Source: Mobula hypostoma | Lineage: Eukaryota | Reading direction: 5' to 3' | Length of the DNA stretch: 64,000 bases | NCBI RefSeq assembly: GCF_963921235.1 | Contig: NC_086107.1 | Span: 115,508,001-115,572,000, forward strand | Shown: piece by piece, positions 12,001-25,100 of the stretch | Position numbering within the stretch: position 1 is the first letter of the stretch | Layout of the letters: each line of letters begins with the position of its first letter | The notes under the pieces: generated by a model | What the model saw: only the letters and a program-made list of their open reading frames with translations | The model's database searches: none | What the model was told of the DNA's origin: nothing | Translations under genes and position numbers: made by a program

Positions 12001-15000
12001 GAGAGAGAATGTCTGGGGGGGGTTGGGGAGGAGAGAGAATGTCCGTGGTGGGGGGGGGTTTGGGGAGGAGAGAGAATGTCCGGGGTGGGGGGGGGGTTTG
12101 GGGAGGAGAGAGAATGTCCGGGGTGGGGGGAGGAGAGAGAATGTCCGGGGTGGGGGGGGGTTGGGGAGGAGAGAGAATGTCCGGGGTGGGGGGGGGGGTT
12201 GGGGAGGAGAGAGAATGTCTGGGGTGGGGGGGTTGGGGAGGAGAGAGAATGTCTGGGATGGGGGTTGGGGAGTAGAGAGAATGTCTGGGGTGGGGGGGAG
12301 AGAGAATGTCCGGGGTGGGGGGGTTGGGGAGGAGAGAGAATGTCTGGGGTGGGGGGGGGTTGGGGAGGAGAGAGAATGTCTGGGGTGGGGGGTTGGGGAG
12401 GAGAGAGAATGTCCGAGGGGGGGGTTGGGGAGGAGAGAGAATGTCTGGGGTGGGGGGGGTTGGGGAGGAGAGAGAATGTCTGGGATGGGGGGTTGGGGAG
12501 GAGAGAGAATGTCCGGGGTGGGGGGTTGGGGAGGAGAGAGAATGTCCGGGGGGGGTTTGAGGAGGAGAAAGAATGTCCGGGATGGGGGGGGGGATTGGGG
12601 AGGAGAGAGAATGTCTTGGGTGAGGGGTTGGGGAGGAGAGAGAATGTCCGGGGGGGGGGGTTGGGGAGGAGAGAGAATGTCCGGGGTGGGGGGGGTTGGG
12701 GAGGAGAGAGAATGTCTGGGGTGGGGGGGGTTGGGGAGGAGAGAGAATGTCTGGGGTGGGGGGGGTTGGGGAGGAGAGAGAATGTCTGGGGTGGGGGGGG
12801 TTGGGGAGGAGAGAGAATGTCTGGGATGGGGGGTTGGGGAGGAGAGAGAATGTTTGCGTTGGGGGGGGTTGGGGAGGAGAGAGAATGTCCGGGGGGGGTT
12901 GGGGGGGGAAGAGAGAATGTCTGGGGTGGTGGGGATTGGGGAGGAGGGAGAATGTCCGGGGTGGGGGGGGGGTTGGGGAGGAGAGAGAATGTCTGGGGTG
13001 GGGGGTTGGGGAGGAGAGAGAATGTCCGGGGTGGGGGGGAGAGAGAATGTCCGGGGTGGGGGGGGGGTTGGGGAGGAGAGAGAATGTCTGGGGTGGGGGG
13101 GGGGTTGGGGAGGAGAGAGAATGTCCGGGGGGGGGTTGGGGAGGAGAGAGAATGTCTGGGGTGGGGGGGGGTTGGGGAGGAGAATGTCTGGGGTGGGGGG
13201 GGTTGGGGAGGAGAGAGAATGTCTGGGGTGGGGGGGGTTGGGGAGGAGAGAGAATGTCTGGGGTGGGGGGGGTTGGGGAGGAGAGAGAATGTCTGGGGTG
13301 GGGGGTTGGGGAGGAGAGAGAATGTCCGGGGGGGGGTTGGGGAGAAGAGAGAATGTCTGGGGTGGGGGGGGTTGGGGAGGAGAGAGAATGTCTGGGATGG
13401 GGGGTTGGGGAGGAGAGAGAATGTCCGGGGTGGGGGGTTGGGGAGGAGAGAGAATGTCCGGGGTGGGGGGGGGGTTGGGGAGGAGAGAGAATGTCCAGGG
13501 TGGGGGAGGGTTGGGGAGGAGAGAGAATGTCTGGGGTGGGGGGTTGGGGAGGAGAGAGAATGTCCGGGGTGGGGGGGGGATTGGGGAGGAGAGAGAATGT
13601 CTGGGGTGGGGGGTTGGGGAGGAGAGAGAATGTTTTGGGGTGGGGGGTTGGGGAGGAGAGAGAATGTCTGGGGTGGGGGGTTGGGAAGGAGAGAGAATGT
13701 CCAGGGGGGGGTTGGGGGGGAGAGAGAATGTCCGGGGTGGGGGGGAGTTGGGGAGGAGAGAGAATGTCTGAGGTGGGGGTTGGGGAGGAGAGAGAATGTC
13801 TGGGGTGGGAGGGGTTGGGGAGGAGAGAGAATGTCTGGGGTGGGGGGGGGTTGGGGAGGAGAGAGATTGTCCGGGGTGGGGGGGGGTTGGGGAGGAGAGA
13901 GAATGTCCGGGGTGGGGGGGGGGTTTGGGGAGGAGAGAGAATGTCCGGGGTGGGGGGAGGAGAGAGAATGTCCGGGGTGGGGGGGGGTTGGGGAGGAGAG
14001 AGAATGTCCGGGGTGGGGGGGGGGTTGGGGAGGAGAGAGAATGTCTGGGGTGGGGGGGGTTGGGGAGGAGAGAGAATGTCTGGGATGGGGGTTGGGGAGT
14101 AGAGAGAATGTCTGGGGTGGGTGGGGTTGGGGAGGAGAGAGAATGTCCGGGGGGGGGTTGGGGAGGAGAGAGAATGTCTGGGGTGGGGGGGGTTGGGGAG
14201 GAGAGAGAATGTCCGGGGTGGGGGGGGGGTTGGGGAGGAGAGAGAATGTCCAGGGTGGGGGGGGGTTGGGGAGGAGAGAGAATGTCTGGGGTGGGGGGTT
14301 GGGGAGGAGAGAGAATGTCCGGGGTGGGGGGTTGGGGAGGAGAGAGAATGTCCGGGGGGGGGGGGTTGAGGAGGACAGAGAAAGTCAGTGGTGGGGGGGG
14401 TTGGGGAGGAGAGAGAATGTCTGGATTGGGGAGGAGAGAGAATGTCTGGGGGGGGGGTTGGGGAGGAGAGAGAATGTCTGGGGGGGGTTGGGAAGGAAGT
14501 GGGGGAGAGAATGTCGGGGGGGGGGTTGGGGAGGAGAGAGAATGTCTGGGTGGGGGGGGGAGGAGAGAGAATGTCCGGGGGGGGGGGTTGGGGGGGAGAG
14601 AGAATGTCCGGGGTGGGGGGGAGAGAGAATGTCTGGGGTGGGGGTTGGGGAGGAGAGAGAATGTCTGGGGTGGGAGGGGTTGGGGAGGAGAGAGAATGTC
14701 TGGGGTGGGGGGGGTTGGGGAGGAGAGAGAATGTCTGGGGGGGGTGGGGAGGAGAGAGAATGTCCGGGGTGGGGGGGGGGTTTGGGGAGGAGAGAGAATG
14801 TCCGGGGTTGGGGAGGAGAGAGCATGTCCAGGGTGGGGGGGGGGGTTGGGGAGGAGAGAGAATGTCTGGGGTGGGGGGTTGGGGAGGAGAGAGAATGTCC
14901 GGGGTGGGGGGGGGATTGGGGAGGAGAGAGAATGTCTGGGGTGGGGGGTTGGGGAGGAGAGAGAATGTCTGGGGTGGGGGGTTGGGGAGGAGAGAGAATG

Positions 15001-15918
15001 TCTGGGGTGGGGGGTTGGGAAGGAGAGAGAATGTCCAGGGGGGGGGTTGGGGGGGAGAGAGAATGTCCGGGGTGGGGGGGAGTTGGGGAGGAGAGAGAAT
15101 GTCTGGGGTGGGGGTTGGGGAGGAGAGAGAATGTCTGGGGTGGGAGGGGTTGGGGAGGAGAGAGAATGTCTGGGGTGGGGGGGGGTTGGGGAGGAGAGAG
15201 AATGTCTGGGGGGGGTTTGGGGAGGAGAGAGTATGTCCAGGGTGGGGGGGGGGGTTGGGGAGGAGAGAGAATGTCGGGGGTGGGGGGGGTTTGGGGAGGA
15301 GAGAGAATGTCCGGGGTGGGGGGTTGGGGAGAAGAGAGAATGTCCGGGGTGGGGGGGGTTGGGGAGGAGAGAGAATGTCCGGGGTGGGGGGGGGGTTGGG
15401 GAGGAGAGAGAATGTCCAGGGTGGGGGGGGGTTGGGGAGGAGAGAGAATGTCTGGGGTGGGGGGTTGGGGAGGAGAGAGAATGTCCGGGGTGGGGGGTTG
15501 GGGAGGAGAGAGAATGTCCGGGGGGGGGGGGGTTGAGGAGGAGAGAGAATGTCCGGGGTGGGGGGGGGGGGGGATTGGGGAGGAGAGAGAATGTCTGGGG
15601 TGGGGGGTTGGGGAGGAGAGAGAATGTATGGGGTGGGGGGTTGGGAGGAGAGAGAATGTCCGGGGGGGGGGTTGGGGGGAGAGAGAATGTCCGGGGTGGG
15701 GGGGAGAGAGAATGTCTGGGGTGGGGGTTGGGGAGGAGAGAGAATGTCTGGGGTGGGAGGGGTTGGGGAGGAGAGAGAATGTCTGGGGTGGGGGGGGGGT
15801 TGGGGAGGAGAGAGAATGTCTGGGGGGGGGTTGGGGAGGAGAGAGAATGTCCGGGGTGGGGGGGGGGTTTGGGGAGGAGAGAGAATGTCCGGGGTTGGGG
15901 AGGAGAGAGATGTCGGGG
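1..15918. repeat. G-rich tandem satellite, ~35-bp unit (TTGGGGAGGAGAGAGAATGTCYGGGGTGGGGGGGG) with variable G-run lengths
   Basis: Unit repeats continuously from base 1 to the gap; e.g. ATGTC at 181 and 216 gives a period of 35. Confidence 0.98.
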
Positions 15919-16118
15919 NNNNNNNNNNNNNNNNNNNNNNNNNNNNNNNNNNNNNNNNNNNNNNNNNNNNNNNNNNNNNNNNNNNNNNNNNNNNNNNNNN
16001 NNNNNNNNNNNNNNNNNNNNNNNNNNNNNNNNNNNNNNNNNNNNNNNNNNNNNNNNNNNNNNNNNNNNNNNNNNNNNNNNNNNNNNNNNNNNNNNNNNNN
16101 NNNNNNNNNNNNNNNNNN
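15919..16118. other. Assembly gap (200 N)
   Basis: Run of exactly 200 N, a typical scaffolding placeholder. Confidence 0.99.
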
Positions 16119-19100
16119 CCCCGTCTCTGTCCCCACACCCCCCCGTCTCTGTCCCCACACCCCCCCCCCGTCTCTGTCCCCACACCCCCCCCGTCTCTGT
16201 CCCCACACCCCCCCGTCTCTGAGTCCCCACACCCCCCCCCGTCTCTGTCCCCACACCCCCCCCGTCTCTGAGTCCCCACACCCCCCTGTCTCTGAGTCCC
16301 CACACCCCCCCCGTCTCTGTCCCCACACCCCCCCCGTCTCTGAGTCCCCACACCCCCCCGTCTCTGAGTCCCCACACCCTTCCCGTCTCTGAGTCCCCAC
16401 ACCCCCCCGTCTCTGTCCCCACACCCCCCCCGTCTCTGTCCCCACACCCCCCCCGTCTCTGTCCCCCACCCCCCCCGTCTCTGTCCCCACACCCCCCCCC
16501 TCCCCCCCACCCCCGTCTCTGTCCCCACACCCCCCCGTCTCTGTCCCCACACCCCCCCCCGTCTCTGTCCCCACACCCCCCCGTCTCTGTCCCCACACCC
16601 CCCCCGTCTCTGTCCCCACACCCTTCCCGTCTCTGAGTCCCCACACCCCCCCCGTCTCTGTCCCCACACCCTCCCCGTCTCTGTCCCCACACCCCCCCCG
16701 TCTCTGAGTCCCCACACCCCCCCGTCTCTGAGTCCCCACACCCCCCCCGTCTCTGAGTCCCCACACCCTTCCCGTCTCTGTCCCCACACCCCCCCCGTCT
16801 CTGAGTCCCCACACCCCCCCGTCTCTGTCCCCACACCCTTCCCGTCTCTGAGTCCCCACACCCCCCCCCGTCTCTGTCCCCACACCCCCCCGTCTCTGTC
16901 CCCGTCCCCCACCCCCCCCGTCTCTGTCCCCACACACCCCCCCGTCTCTGTCCCCCACCCCCCCCGTCTCTGTCCCCACACCCCCCCCGTCTCTGTCCCC
17001 ACACCCCCCGTCTCTGTCCCCACACCCCCCCGTCTCTGTCCCCACACCCCCCCCGTCTCTGAGTCCCCACACCCCCCCCGTCTCTGAGTCCCCACACCCC
17101 TCCCGTCTCTGAGTCCCCACACCCCCCCGTCTCTGTCCCCACACCCCCCCCGTCTCTGTCCCCACACCCCCCCCCGTCTCTGTCCCCACACCCCCCCCGT
17201 CTCTGTCCCCACACCCCCCCCGTCTCTGTCCCCACACCCCCCCCGTCTCTGTCCCCACACCCCCCCCCGTCTCTGAGTCCCCACACCCCCCCCGTCTCTG
17301 AGTCCCCACACCCCCCCGTCTCTGTCCCCACACCCCCCCCGTCTCTGAGTCCCCACACCCCCCCGTCTCTGTCCCCACACCCTTCCCGTCTCTGAGTCCC
17401 CACACCCCCCCCGTCTCTGTCCCCACACCCCCGTCTCTGTCCCCACACCCCTCCCCGTCTCTGTCCCCCACCCCCCCGTCTCTGTCCCCACCCCCCCCGT
17501 CTCTGTCCCCACCCCCCCCCGTCTCTGTCCCCACACCCCCCCCCGTCTCTGTCCCCACACCCCCCCCGTCTCTGTCCCCCACCCCCCCCGTCTCTGTCCC
17601 CACACCCCCCCCCGTCTCTGTCCCCACACCCTTCCCGTCTCTGTCCCCACACCCCCCGTCTCTGTCCCCCACCCCCCCGTCTCTGTCCCCACACCCCCCC
17701 CGTCTCTGTCCCCACACCCCCCCCGTCTCTGGTCCCCACACCCCCCCGTCTCTGTCCCCACACCCCCCCGTCTCTGTCCCCACACCCCCCCCGTCTCTGT
17801 CCCCACACCCCCCCCGTCTCTGAGTCCCCACACCCCCCCTTCCCACCCCCCCCCGTCTCTGTCCCCACACCCCCCCCGTCTCTGTCCCCACACCCCCCCG
17901 TCTCTGTCCCCACACCCCCCGTCTCTGTCCCCACACCCCCCCGTCTCTGTCCCCCCACACCCCCCCGTCTCTGTCCCCACACCCCCCCCGTCTCTGAGTC
18001 CCCACACCCCCCCCGTCTCTGTCCCCACACCCCCCCCGTCTCTGTCCCCACACCCCCCCCGTCTCTGTCCCCACACCCCCCCCGTCTCTGTCCCCACACC
18101 CCCCCCGTCTCTGTCCCCACACCCCCCCCGTCTCTGAGTCTGTCCCCACACCCCCCCGTCTCTGTCCCCACACCCCCCCCGTCTCTGAGTCCCCACACCC
18201 CCCCCCGTCTCTGAGTCCCCACACCCCCCCGTCTCTGTCCCCACACCCGTCCCGTCTCTGAGTCCCCACACCCCCCCCGTCTCTGTCCCCACACCCTTCC
18301 CGTCTCTGAGTCCCCACACCCCCCCCGTCTCTGAGTCCCCACACCCCCCCGTCTCTGAGTCCCCACACCCCCCCCGTCTCTGTCCCCACACACCCCCCCG
18401 TCTCTGTCCCCACACCCCCCCCGTCTCTGAGTCCCCACACCCCCCCGTCTCTGAGTCCCCACACCCCCCCGTCTCTGTCCCCACACCCCCCCCGTCTCTG
18501 TCCCCACACCCCCCCCGTCTCTAGTCCCCACACCCCCCCCGTCTCTGTCCCCACACCCCCCCCGTCTCTGAGTCCCCACACCCCCCCCGTCTCTGTCCCC
18601 ACACCCCCCCGTCTCTGTCCCCACACCCCCCCCGTCTCTGAGTCCCCACACCCCTCCCCGTCTCTGTCCCCACACCCTTCCCGTCTCTGAGTCCCCACAC
18701 CCCCCCCGTCTCTGTCCCCACACCCTTCCCGTCTCTGAGTCCCCACACCCCCCCCGTCTCTGTCCCCACACCCTTCCCGTCTCTGAGTCCCCACACCCCC
18801 CCCCGTCTCTGTCCCCACACCCCCCCCGTCTCTGAGTCCCCACACCCTTCCTGTCTCTGTCCCCACACCCCCCCGTCTCTGAGTCCCCACACCCCCCCCG
18901 TCTCTGTCCCCACACCCCCCCGTCTCTGAGTCCCCACACCCCCCGTCTCTGTCCCCACACCCTTCCCGTCTCTGTCCCCACACCCCCCCCGTCTCTGTCC
19001 CCACACCCCTCCCGTCTCTGAGTCCCCACACCCCCCCCGTCTCTGTGTCCCCACACCCCCCCCGTCTCTGTGTCCCCACACCCCCCCCGTCTCTGTCCCC

Positions 19101-22100
19101 ACACCCTTCCTGTCTCTGAGTCCCCACACCCCCCCCGTCTCTGAGTCCCCACACCCTTCCTGTCTCTGAGTCCCCACACCCCCTCCCGTCTCTGAGTCCC
19201 CACACCCTTCCCGTCTCTGAGGTCCCCACACCCCTCCCTGTCTCTGTCCCCACACCCTTCCCGTATCTGTCCCCACACCCCTTCCCGTCTCTGAGTCCCC
19301 ACACCTCCCCCCGTCTCTGTCCCCACACCCTTCCCGTCTCTGAGGTCCCCACACCCCTCCCCGTCTCTGTCCCCACACCCTTCCCGTCTCTGAGTCCCCA
19401 CACCCCCCCCGTCTCTGAGTCCCCACACCCCCCCGTCTCTGAGTCCCCACACCCCCCCCGTCTCTGTCCCCACACCCCCCCCGTCTCTGTCCCCACACCC
19501 CTCCCGTCTCTGAGTCCCCACACCCCCCCGTCTCTGAGTCCCCACCCCCCGTCTCTGTCCCCCCCCCCCGTCTCTGTCCCCACACCCCTCCCGTCTCTGA
19601 GTCCCCACACCCCCCCCGTCTCTGAGTCCCCACACCCCCCCCGTCTCTGAGTCCCCACACCCCCCCCGTCTCTGAGTCCCCACACCCCCTCCCGTCTCTG
19701 AGTCCCCACACCCCCCCCGTCTCTGAGTCCCCACACCCCCCGTCTCTGTCCGTCTCTGAGTCCCCACACCCCCCCCGTCTCTGAGTCCCCACACCCCCCC
19801 CGTCTCTGAGTCCCCACACCCCCCCGTCTCTGAGTCCCCACACCCCCCCGTCTCTGAGTCCCCACACCCCCCCCGTCTCTGTCCCCACACCCCCCCCGTC
19901 TCTGTCCCCACACCCCCCCGTCTCTGAGTCCCCACACCCCCCCGTCTCTGAGTCCCCACACCCCCCCCGTCTCTGTCCCCACACCCTTCCCGTCTCTGAG
20001 TCCCCACACCCCCCCGTCTCTGAGTCCCCACACCCCCCCGTCTCTGTCCCCACACCCTCCCGTCTCTGTCCCCACACCCCCCCCGTCTCTGTCCCCACAC
20101 CCCCCCCGTCTCTGTCCCCACACCCCCCCCGTCTCTGTCCCCACACCCCCCCGTCTCTGTCCCCACACCCCCCCGTCTCTGTCCCCACACCCCCCCTGTC
20201 CCACACCCCGTCTCTGTCCCCACACCCCCCCCGTCTCTGTCCCCACACCCCCCCCGTCTCTGAGTCCCCACACCCCCCCGTCTCTGTCCCCACCCCCCCC
20301 CGTCTCTGTCCCCACCCCCCCCGTCTCTGAGATCCCCACACCCCCCCCGTCTCTGTCCCCACACCCCCCCGTCTCTGAGTCCCCACACCCTTCCTGTCTC
20401 TGAGTCCCCACACCCCCCCCGTCTCTGAGTCCCCACACCCCCCCCGTCTCTGTCCCCACACCCCCCCGTCTCTGTCCCCACACCCCCCCCGTCTCTGTCC
20501 CCACACCCTTCCCGTCTCTGTCCCCACACCCCCCCCCGTCTCTGAGTCCCCACACCCCCCCGTCTCTGTCCCCACACCCCCCCGTCTCTGTCCCCACACC
20601 CCCCCCGTCTCTGTCCCCACACCCTTCCCGTCTCTGTCCCCACACCCCCCCCGTCTCTGTCCCCACACCCCCCTGTCTCTGAGTCCCCACACCCCCCCCG
20701 TCTCTGTCCCCCCACCCTTCCCGTCTCTGAGTCCCCACACCCCCCCCGTCTCTGTCCCCACACCCTTCCCGTCTCTGAGTCCCCACACCCTTCCTGTCTC
20801 TGTCCCCACACCCCCCCCGTCTCTGTCCCCACACCCCCCCGTCTCTGAGTCCCCACACCCCCCCCGTCTCTGTCCCCACACCCTTCCCGTCTCTGAGTCC
20901 CCACACCCTTCCTGTCTCTGTCCCCACACCCTTCCTGTCTCTGTCCCCACACCCCCCCGTCTCTGAGTCCCCACACCCCCCCCCGTCTCTGAGTCCGTCA
21001 CCCCTCCCTGTCTCTGTCCCCACACCCCCCCGTCTCTGAGTCCCCACACCCCCCCCCGTCTCTGTCCCCACACCCCCCCGTCTCTGTCCCCACACCCCCC
21101 CCGTCTCTGTCCCCACACCCCCCCCGTCTCTGTCCCCACACCCTTCCTGTCTCTGTCCCCACACACCCCCCCGTCTCTGTCCCCACACCCCCCCCGTCTC
21201 TGTCCCCACACCCCCCCCGTCTCTGTCCCCACACCCTTCCCGTCTCTGAGTCCCCACACCCCTCCCCCGTCTCTGAGTCCCCACACCTCCCCGTCTCTGA
21301 GTCCCCACACCCCCCCCCGTCTCTGTCCCCACACCCCCCCCGTCTCTGAGTCCCCACACCCCCCCCGTCTCTGTCCCCACACCCCCCCGTCTCTGAGTCC
21401 GTCACCCCTCCCTGTCTCTGAGTCCCCACACCCCCCCCGTCTCTGTCCCCACACCCCCCCGTCTCTGAGTCCGTCACCCCTCCCTGTCTCTGAGTCCCCA
21501 CACCCCCCCCCGTCTCTGTCCCCACACCCTTCCTGTCTCTGAGTCCCCACACCCCCCCCGTCTCTGTCCCCACACCCCTCCCGTCTCTGAGTCCCCACAC
21601 CCCTCCCTGTCTCTGTCCCCACACCCCCCCGTCTCTGAGTCCCCACACCCCCCCCCGTCTCTGTCCCCACACCCTTCCTGTCTCTGAGTCCCCACACCCC
21701 CCCCCGTCTCTGTCCCCACACCCTTCCTGTCTCTGAGTCCCCACACCCCCCCCGTCTCTGTCCCCACACCCTTCCCGTCTCTGAGTCCCACACCCCTCCC
21801 TGTCTCTGTCCCCACACCCTTCCCGTCTCTGAGTCCCCACACCCCCCCCGTCTCTGTCCCCACACCCCCCCCGTCTCTGTCCCCACACCCCCCCCGTCTC
21901 TGTCCCCACACCCCCCCCCCGTCTCTGTCCCCACACCCCCCCGTCTCTGTCCCCACACCCCCCCGTCTCTGTCCCCACACCCCCCCGTCTCTGAGTCCCC
22001 ACACCCCCCCCGTCTCTGAGTCCCCACACCCCTCCCTGTCTCTGTCCCCACACCCCCCCCGTCTCTGTCCCCACACCCCCCCGTCTCTGAGTCCCCACAC

Positions 22101-25100
22101 CCCCCCGTCTCTGAGTCCCCACACCCCCCCCCGTCTCTGTCCCCACACCCTTCCCGTCTCTGAGTCCCCACACCCCTCCCCGTCTCTGTCCCCACACCCC
22201 CCCGTCTCTGTCCCCACACCCCCCCCGTCTCTGTCCCCACACCCCCCCGTCTCTGTCCCCACACCCCCCCCGTCTCTGTCCCCACACCCTTCCTGTCTCT
22301 GAGTCCCCACACCCCCCCGTCTCTGTCCCCACACCTCCCCGTCTCTGTCCCCACACCCTTCCCGTCTCTGAGTCCCCACACCCTTCCTGTCTCTGAGTCC
22401 CCACACCCTTCCCGTCTCTGTCCCCACACCCCCCCCGTCTCTGTCCCCACACCCTTCCCGTCTCTGTCCCCACACCCTTCCTGTCTCTGAGTCCCCACAC
22501 CTCCCCGTCTCTGTCCCCACACCCTTCCCGTCTCTGAGTCCCCACACCCTTCCCGTCTCTGAGTCCCCACCCCTCCCCGTCTCTGAGTCCCCACACCCCC
22601 CCCCCGTCTCTGTCCCCACACCCCTCCCCGTCTCTGAGTCTGTCACCCCTTCCCGTCTCTGAGTCCCCACACCCTTCCCGTCTCTGAGGTCCCACACCCC
22701 TCCCCGTCTCTGAGTCCCCACACCCCCCCCCGTCTCTGTCCCCACACCCTTCCCGTCTCTGTCCCCACACCTCCCCGTCTCTGTCCCCACACCCTTCCCG
22801 TCTCTGTCCCCACACCTCCCCGTCTCTGTCCCCACACCCCTCCCTGTCTCTGAGTCCCCACACCCCCCCCCGTCTCTGAGTCCCCACACCCCTCCTGTCT
22901 CTGAGTCCCCACACCACCCCCCGTCTCTGTCCCCACACCCTTCCTGTCTCTGAGTCCCCACACCCCTCCCCCGTCTCTGAGTCCCCACACCCCCCCGTCT
23001 CTGTCCCCCCACCCCTCCCCGTCTCTGAGTCCCCACACCCCCCCCGTCTCTGAGTCCCCACACCCCCCCCCGTCTCTGTCCCCACACCCCCCCCGTCTCT
23101 GTCCCCACACCCCCCCCGTCTCTGTCCCCCCACCCCTCCCCGTCTCTGTCCCCACACCCTTCCCGTCTCTGAGTCCCCACACCCTTCCCGTCTCTGAGTC
23201 CCCACACCCCCCCCGTCTCTGTCCCCACACCCCCCCCCGTCTCTGTCCCCACACCCTTCCCGTCTCTGAGTCCCCACACCCCCCCCCGTCTCTGTCCCCA
23301 CACCCTTCCCGTCTCTGAGTCCCCACACCCCCCCCCGTCTCTGTCCCCACACCCCCCCCCGTCTCTGTCCCCACACCCCCCCCGTCTCTGAGTCCCCACA
23401 CCCTTCCCGTCTCTGTCCCCACACCCCCCCCCGTCTCTGTCCCCACACCCTTCCCGTCTCTGAGTCCCCACACCCTTCCCGTCTCTGTCCCCACACCTCC
23501 CCGTCTCTGTCCCCACACCCCCCCCGTCTCTGTCCCCACACCCCCCCCGTCTCTGAGTCCCCACACCCCCCCGTCTCTGTCCCCACACCCCTCCCCGTCT
23601 CTGTCCCCACCCCCCCTGTCTCTGTCCCCACCCCCCCTGTCTCTGTCCCCACACCCCCCCGTCTCTGTCCCCACACCCCTCCCCGTCTCTGTCCCCACAC
23701 CCTTCCTGTCTCTGTCCCCACCCCCCCCCGTCTCTGTCCCCACACCCCTCCCGTCTCTGAGTCTGTCACCCCCCCGTCTCTGTCCCCCCACCCCCCCCCG
23801 TCTCTGTCCCCACACCCCCCCCGTCTCTGTCCCCACACCCCCCCCCGTCTCTGTCCCCACACCCTTCCTGTCTCTGTCCCCACACCCCCCCCGTCTCTGT
23901 CCCCACACCCCCCCCCGTCTCTGTCCCCACACCCCCCCCGTCTCTGTCCCCACACCCTTCCCGTCTCTGAGTCCCCACACCCCTCCCCCGTCTCTGAGTC
24001 CCCACACCTCCCCGTCTCTGAGTCCCCACACCCCCCCCGTCTCTGTCCCCACACCCCCCCCGTCTCTGAGTCCCCACACCCCCCCCCGTCTCTGTCCCCA
24101 CACCCCCCCGTCTCTGAGTCCGTCACCCCTCCCTGTCTCTGAGTCCCCACACCCCCCCCGTCTCTGTCCCCACACCCCCCCGTCTCTGAGTCCGTCACCC
24201 CTCCCTGTCTCTGAGTCCCCACACCCCCCCCCGTCTCTGTCCCCACACCCTTCCTGTCTCTGAGTCCCCACACCCCCCCCGTCTCTGTCCCCACACCCCT
24301 CCCGTCTCTGAGTCCCCACACCCCTCCCTGTCTCTGTCCCCACACCCCCCCGTCTCTGAGTCCCCACACCCCCCCCCGTCTCTGTCCCCACACCCTTCCT
24401 GTCTCTGAGTCCCCACACCCCCCCCCCGTCTCTGTCCCCACACCCTTCCTGTCTCTGAGTCCCCACACCCCCCCCGTCTCTGTCCCCACACCCTTCCCGT
24501 CTCTGAGTCCCACACCCCTCCCTGTCTCTGTCCCCACACCCTTCCCGTCTCTGAGTCCCCACACCCCCCCCGTCTCTGTCCCCACACCCCCCCCGTCTCT
24601 GTCCCCACACCCCCCCCGTCTCTGAGTCCCCACACCCCTCCCTGTCTCTGTCCCCACACCCCCCCCCGTCTCTGTCCCCACACCCCCCCGTCTCTGAGTC
24701 CCCACACCCCCCCCGTCTCTGAGTCCCCACACCCCCCCCGTCTCTGTCCCCACACCCTTCCCGTCTCTGAGTCCCCACACCCCTCCCCGTCTCTGTCCCC
24801 ACACCCCCCCGTCTCTGTCCCCACACCCCCCCCGTCTCTGTCCCCACACCCCCCCGTCTCTGTCCCCACACCCCCCCCGTCTCTGTCCCCACACCCTTCC
24901 TGTCTCTGAGTCCCCACACCCCCCCGTCTCTGTCCCCACACCTCCCCGTCTCTGTCCCCACACCCTTCCCGTCTCTGAGTCCCCACACCCTTCCTGTCTC
25001 TGAGTCCCCACACCCTTCCCGTCTCTGTCCCCACACCCCCCCCGTCTCTGTCCCCACACCCTTCCCGTCTCTGTCCCCACACCCTTCCTGTCTCTGAGTC

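Noticed and set aside
1..15918. Telomeric repeat (TTGGGG occurs in each unit)
   Set aside because: Not tandem hexamers and not the vertebrate TTAGGG
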